In this document: in pieces, positions 62,290 through 64,000 of the stretch
Layout of the letters: every line of letters begins with the position of its first letter
Position numbering within the stretch: the stretch's first letter is position 1
NCBI GenBank assembly: GCA_963707025.1
Contig: CAVPOM010000005.1
Location: forward strand, 480,001 to 544,000
Direction: 5' to 3'
Length of the DNA stretch: 64,000 nt
From: an uncultured Verrucomicrobiae bacterium
GTDB lineage: Bacteria > Verrucomicrobiota > Verrucomicrobiia > Limisphaerales > Palsa-1400
Notes under the pieces: generated by a model
What the model was told of the DNA's origin: nothing
The model's database searches: none
What the model saw: the letters and a program-made list of their open reading frames with translations, nothing else
Made by a program: the position numbers and the translations under genes

Positions 62290-63106
62290 AACACATTGTT
62301 AATCGTCGGGATGTCTGGATTACCCGCATTGGTTTCATATTGGTAGATATCACTGTAGTTGTAACCATTGTACTCAAACAAGCCAACCACTTCGCCGGCG
62401 CCATTAAGGGATGTCCCGGGAGCATAGGCACCCCGGAAATCGTTTCCACTAAAAAGGCCGCCACTGGAACCACCGTTGCCATAACTCGTCAGGTTCAATG
62501 CCTGGCGGGAGGTCACGGGTCTGCCCGAGCCATAGGGGTGTGGGATGATATAATTGTTCAAATCGCTGATGCACAGGACGGGGATGTCCTGGTCAACCGA
62601 CGGTTCGGTATCCGGCGCAAAAAAGGTGCGGGCCTCCGTGGGGTGCTGGTACACCAGCATTTTCAGATGCAGCGCCCTCTCGATGTCGGCCACCGAGGCC
62701 TTCACTTCCACCAAACTGCGGCTCGTGCGCGTACCCACAACTGTCCAGCCGTTGGTTTTGGCGAAATGGATGACCGCCTGATAATCCTCCGCAGACGGCC
62801 CAAACTTTTCCGTGAATTCTTCGGGTGTCAGATAGCGGTGGAAATTCGTGCCGGCCGGGTTATAGATGTCCCGGAATAAATTGCCTCGTGCTGCAGCATT
62901 GCGCGGCGGCAGATTGATCACGAGGTGCAACAGGTTGGTGGCGGCCAGCCAGGCCCAATGGCTGCAGGTTGAACTGCGCCACTGCGGCTGGCACATGACC
63001 CTGGAGCATTTGTCTTTCCGCCGCCGGGGCTGGGGTCGCGGGCAGTAAAACCAGCAACAGGCCTGCCGCCATTTTGGATAGTTTGTTTATCATAATCGCG
63101 CCTCGA

Positions 63107-63298
63107 TTATTGAAGAGTGACCAGCACCAGCACCATGCCCTGGCCTGCGCTCAATCCCGTCATCGCTTTGCCCAGAATCGCACCCTGGGCTCGGACGTGG
63201 TCGGTGACTTTCATGGCCCGGCCCGGAGTGCTGGAAGTGGTCAGCGTAATCAACCGCGGCGAAATTAGGAGCGGGACGATTTTATTCAGGACGATCAT
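63107..63298 (-). pseudogene. Internally deleted gene stub
   Basis: Short N-terminus joined to LTTSSTPGRAMKV...GAILGKAMTGL...MVLVLVTLQ, a C-terminus recalled from much larger exported proteins. Confidence 0.5.
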
Positions 63299-63321
63299 AA
63301 ATTGGCATCAAGTTGATTTGT

Positions 63322-64000
63322 CTATTGACCAATGGTGGCCGTGCCACCAACCGCCACAATCGTCATGGCTTTGGTAATTGTCGGGGTTTCACTGCTCGAC
63401 CCGTTGCCTTTGATGGCAATTGTTCCACCGACAGCAACAGCGCTTATTCCCTGCGCCAGAGTCGAGTATGGATTGGCGAAGGTGCCGAACTGGAAAATCC
63501 CAGCGTAGTTGAAATCCACCCAGACCGGCCCAATAAACGGCACTGGGTCGGAGGCGATGCCATTGGCCACCACCACCATGGAATAGCTACCCTGTGGCAG
63601 GTTAGGTGACGCCAGGAATTCTGTGGTCACAATATTGGTTCCAGTCTGGACTCCGGTGCTGCTCCAGTTGAAAGTTCGCCCGTAATATACATTGCCGTTC
63701 GCATCGGTCATGCGAACCAAAGGATAATTGCTGTCCATTTGCGCGTCATCACCGTACGCAGCGCCCTCGGAAATGCCGTTAAGCCCAGTGCCGGTCAGCA
63801 GATAAGAACCGTCTGAATTCAAAGCGACGCTGATGATGGCGGGCTTCCCGGCGGCCAAAGGGCCGGAGCCAGGTGTGTAAACGTACAGGTCGGAACCTTG
63901 ATGGGCGTATAACACGGTTCCGTCCGGAAGATCGAGCATGGTGGTTTGGAAAGTGGCAACGTTATCTGATGAGCCGGGCGTCGGATTGCCAGGAGCCGGG
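63322..64000 (-). CDS. C-terminal part of a kelch/galactose-oxidase-like exported protein (partial)
   Basis: MLDLPDGTVL, LNGISEGAAYGDDAQMDSNYPLVR; frame open to the window edge. Confidence 0.75.
   Translation of the reverse strand, partial: PAPGNPTPGSSDNVATFQTTMLDLPDGTVLYAHQGSDLYVYTPGSGPLAAGKPAIISVALNSDGSYLLTGTGLNGISEGAAYGDDAQMDSNYPLVRMTDANGNVYYGRTFNWSSTGVQTGTNIVTTEFLASPNLPQGSYSMVVVANGIASDPVPFIGPVWVDFNYAGIFQFGTFANPYSTLAQGISAVAVGGTIAIKGNGSSSETPTITKAMTIVAVGGTATIGQ

Larger units (their letters stand above)
59695..63093 (-). pseudogene. S53 peptidase disrupted by IS4 (plus 1-nt frameshift at 62951)
   Basis: Removing the IS, one duplication copy and one base leaves 1938 nt (645 aa) with EISGD and GTSFASPLW. 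Confidence 0.9.

Overview
GC-rich bacterial chromosome segment whose gene content and protein style suggest a Verrucomicrobiota (Pedosphaera-like) genome; this taxonomy is an inference. The left half is mostly core or metabolic: xylB, an amidohydrolase pair, uvrB, topoisomerase IV-type parE and parC split by a DUF433/PIN toxin-antitoxin pair, an ECF sigma operon, clpS, a bifunctional glycogen debranching enzyme, efp, a PfkB kinase, a GH127 and an MFS transporter. The right half is accessory. It holds a ~3050-aa beta-strand-repeat surface protein with a LacI regulator and two matching operators, a CI/Cro-like relic, a patchwork of restriction-modification and HNH gene fragments around an IS3, a sigma54-driven type IV pilin, and a 2200-aa Ig/LamG/propeller/PA14/diheme protein. 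Three S53 peptidases occur in the window, one broken by an IS4. The most notable observations are: (1) two different C-terminal domains, each shared by unrelated exported proteins (candidate sorting signals), plus a Thr-Asn dipeptide bias in exported proteins; (2) small TIR-bounded elements carrying REP palindromes, one nested inside another with a target duplication, and REPs inserted in frame in coding sequences; (3) a methyltransferase gene whose interior appears replaced by scraps of other defence genes. Five single-base frameshifts are probably sequencing errors. No rRNA, tRNA or CRISPR array was seen.
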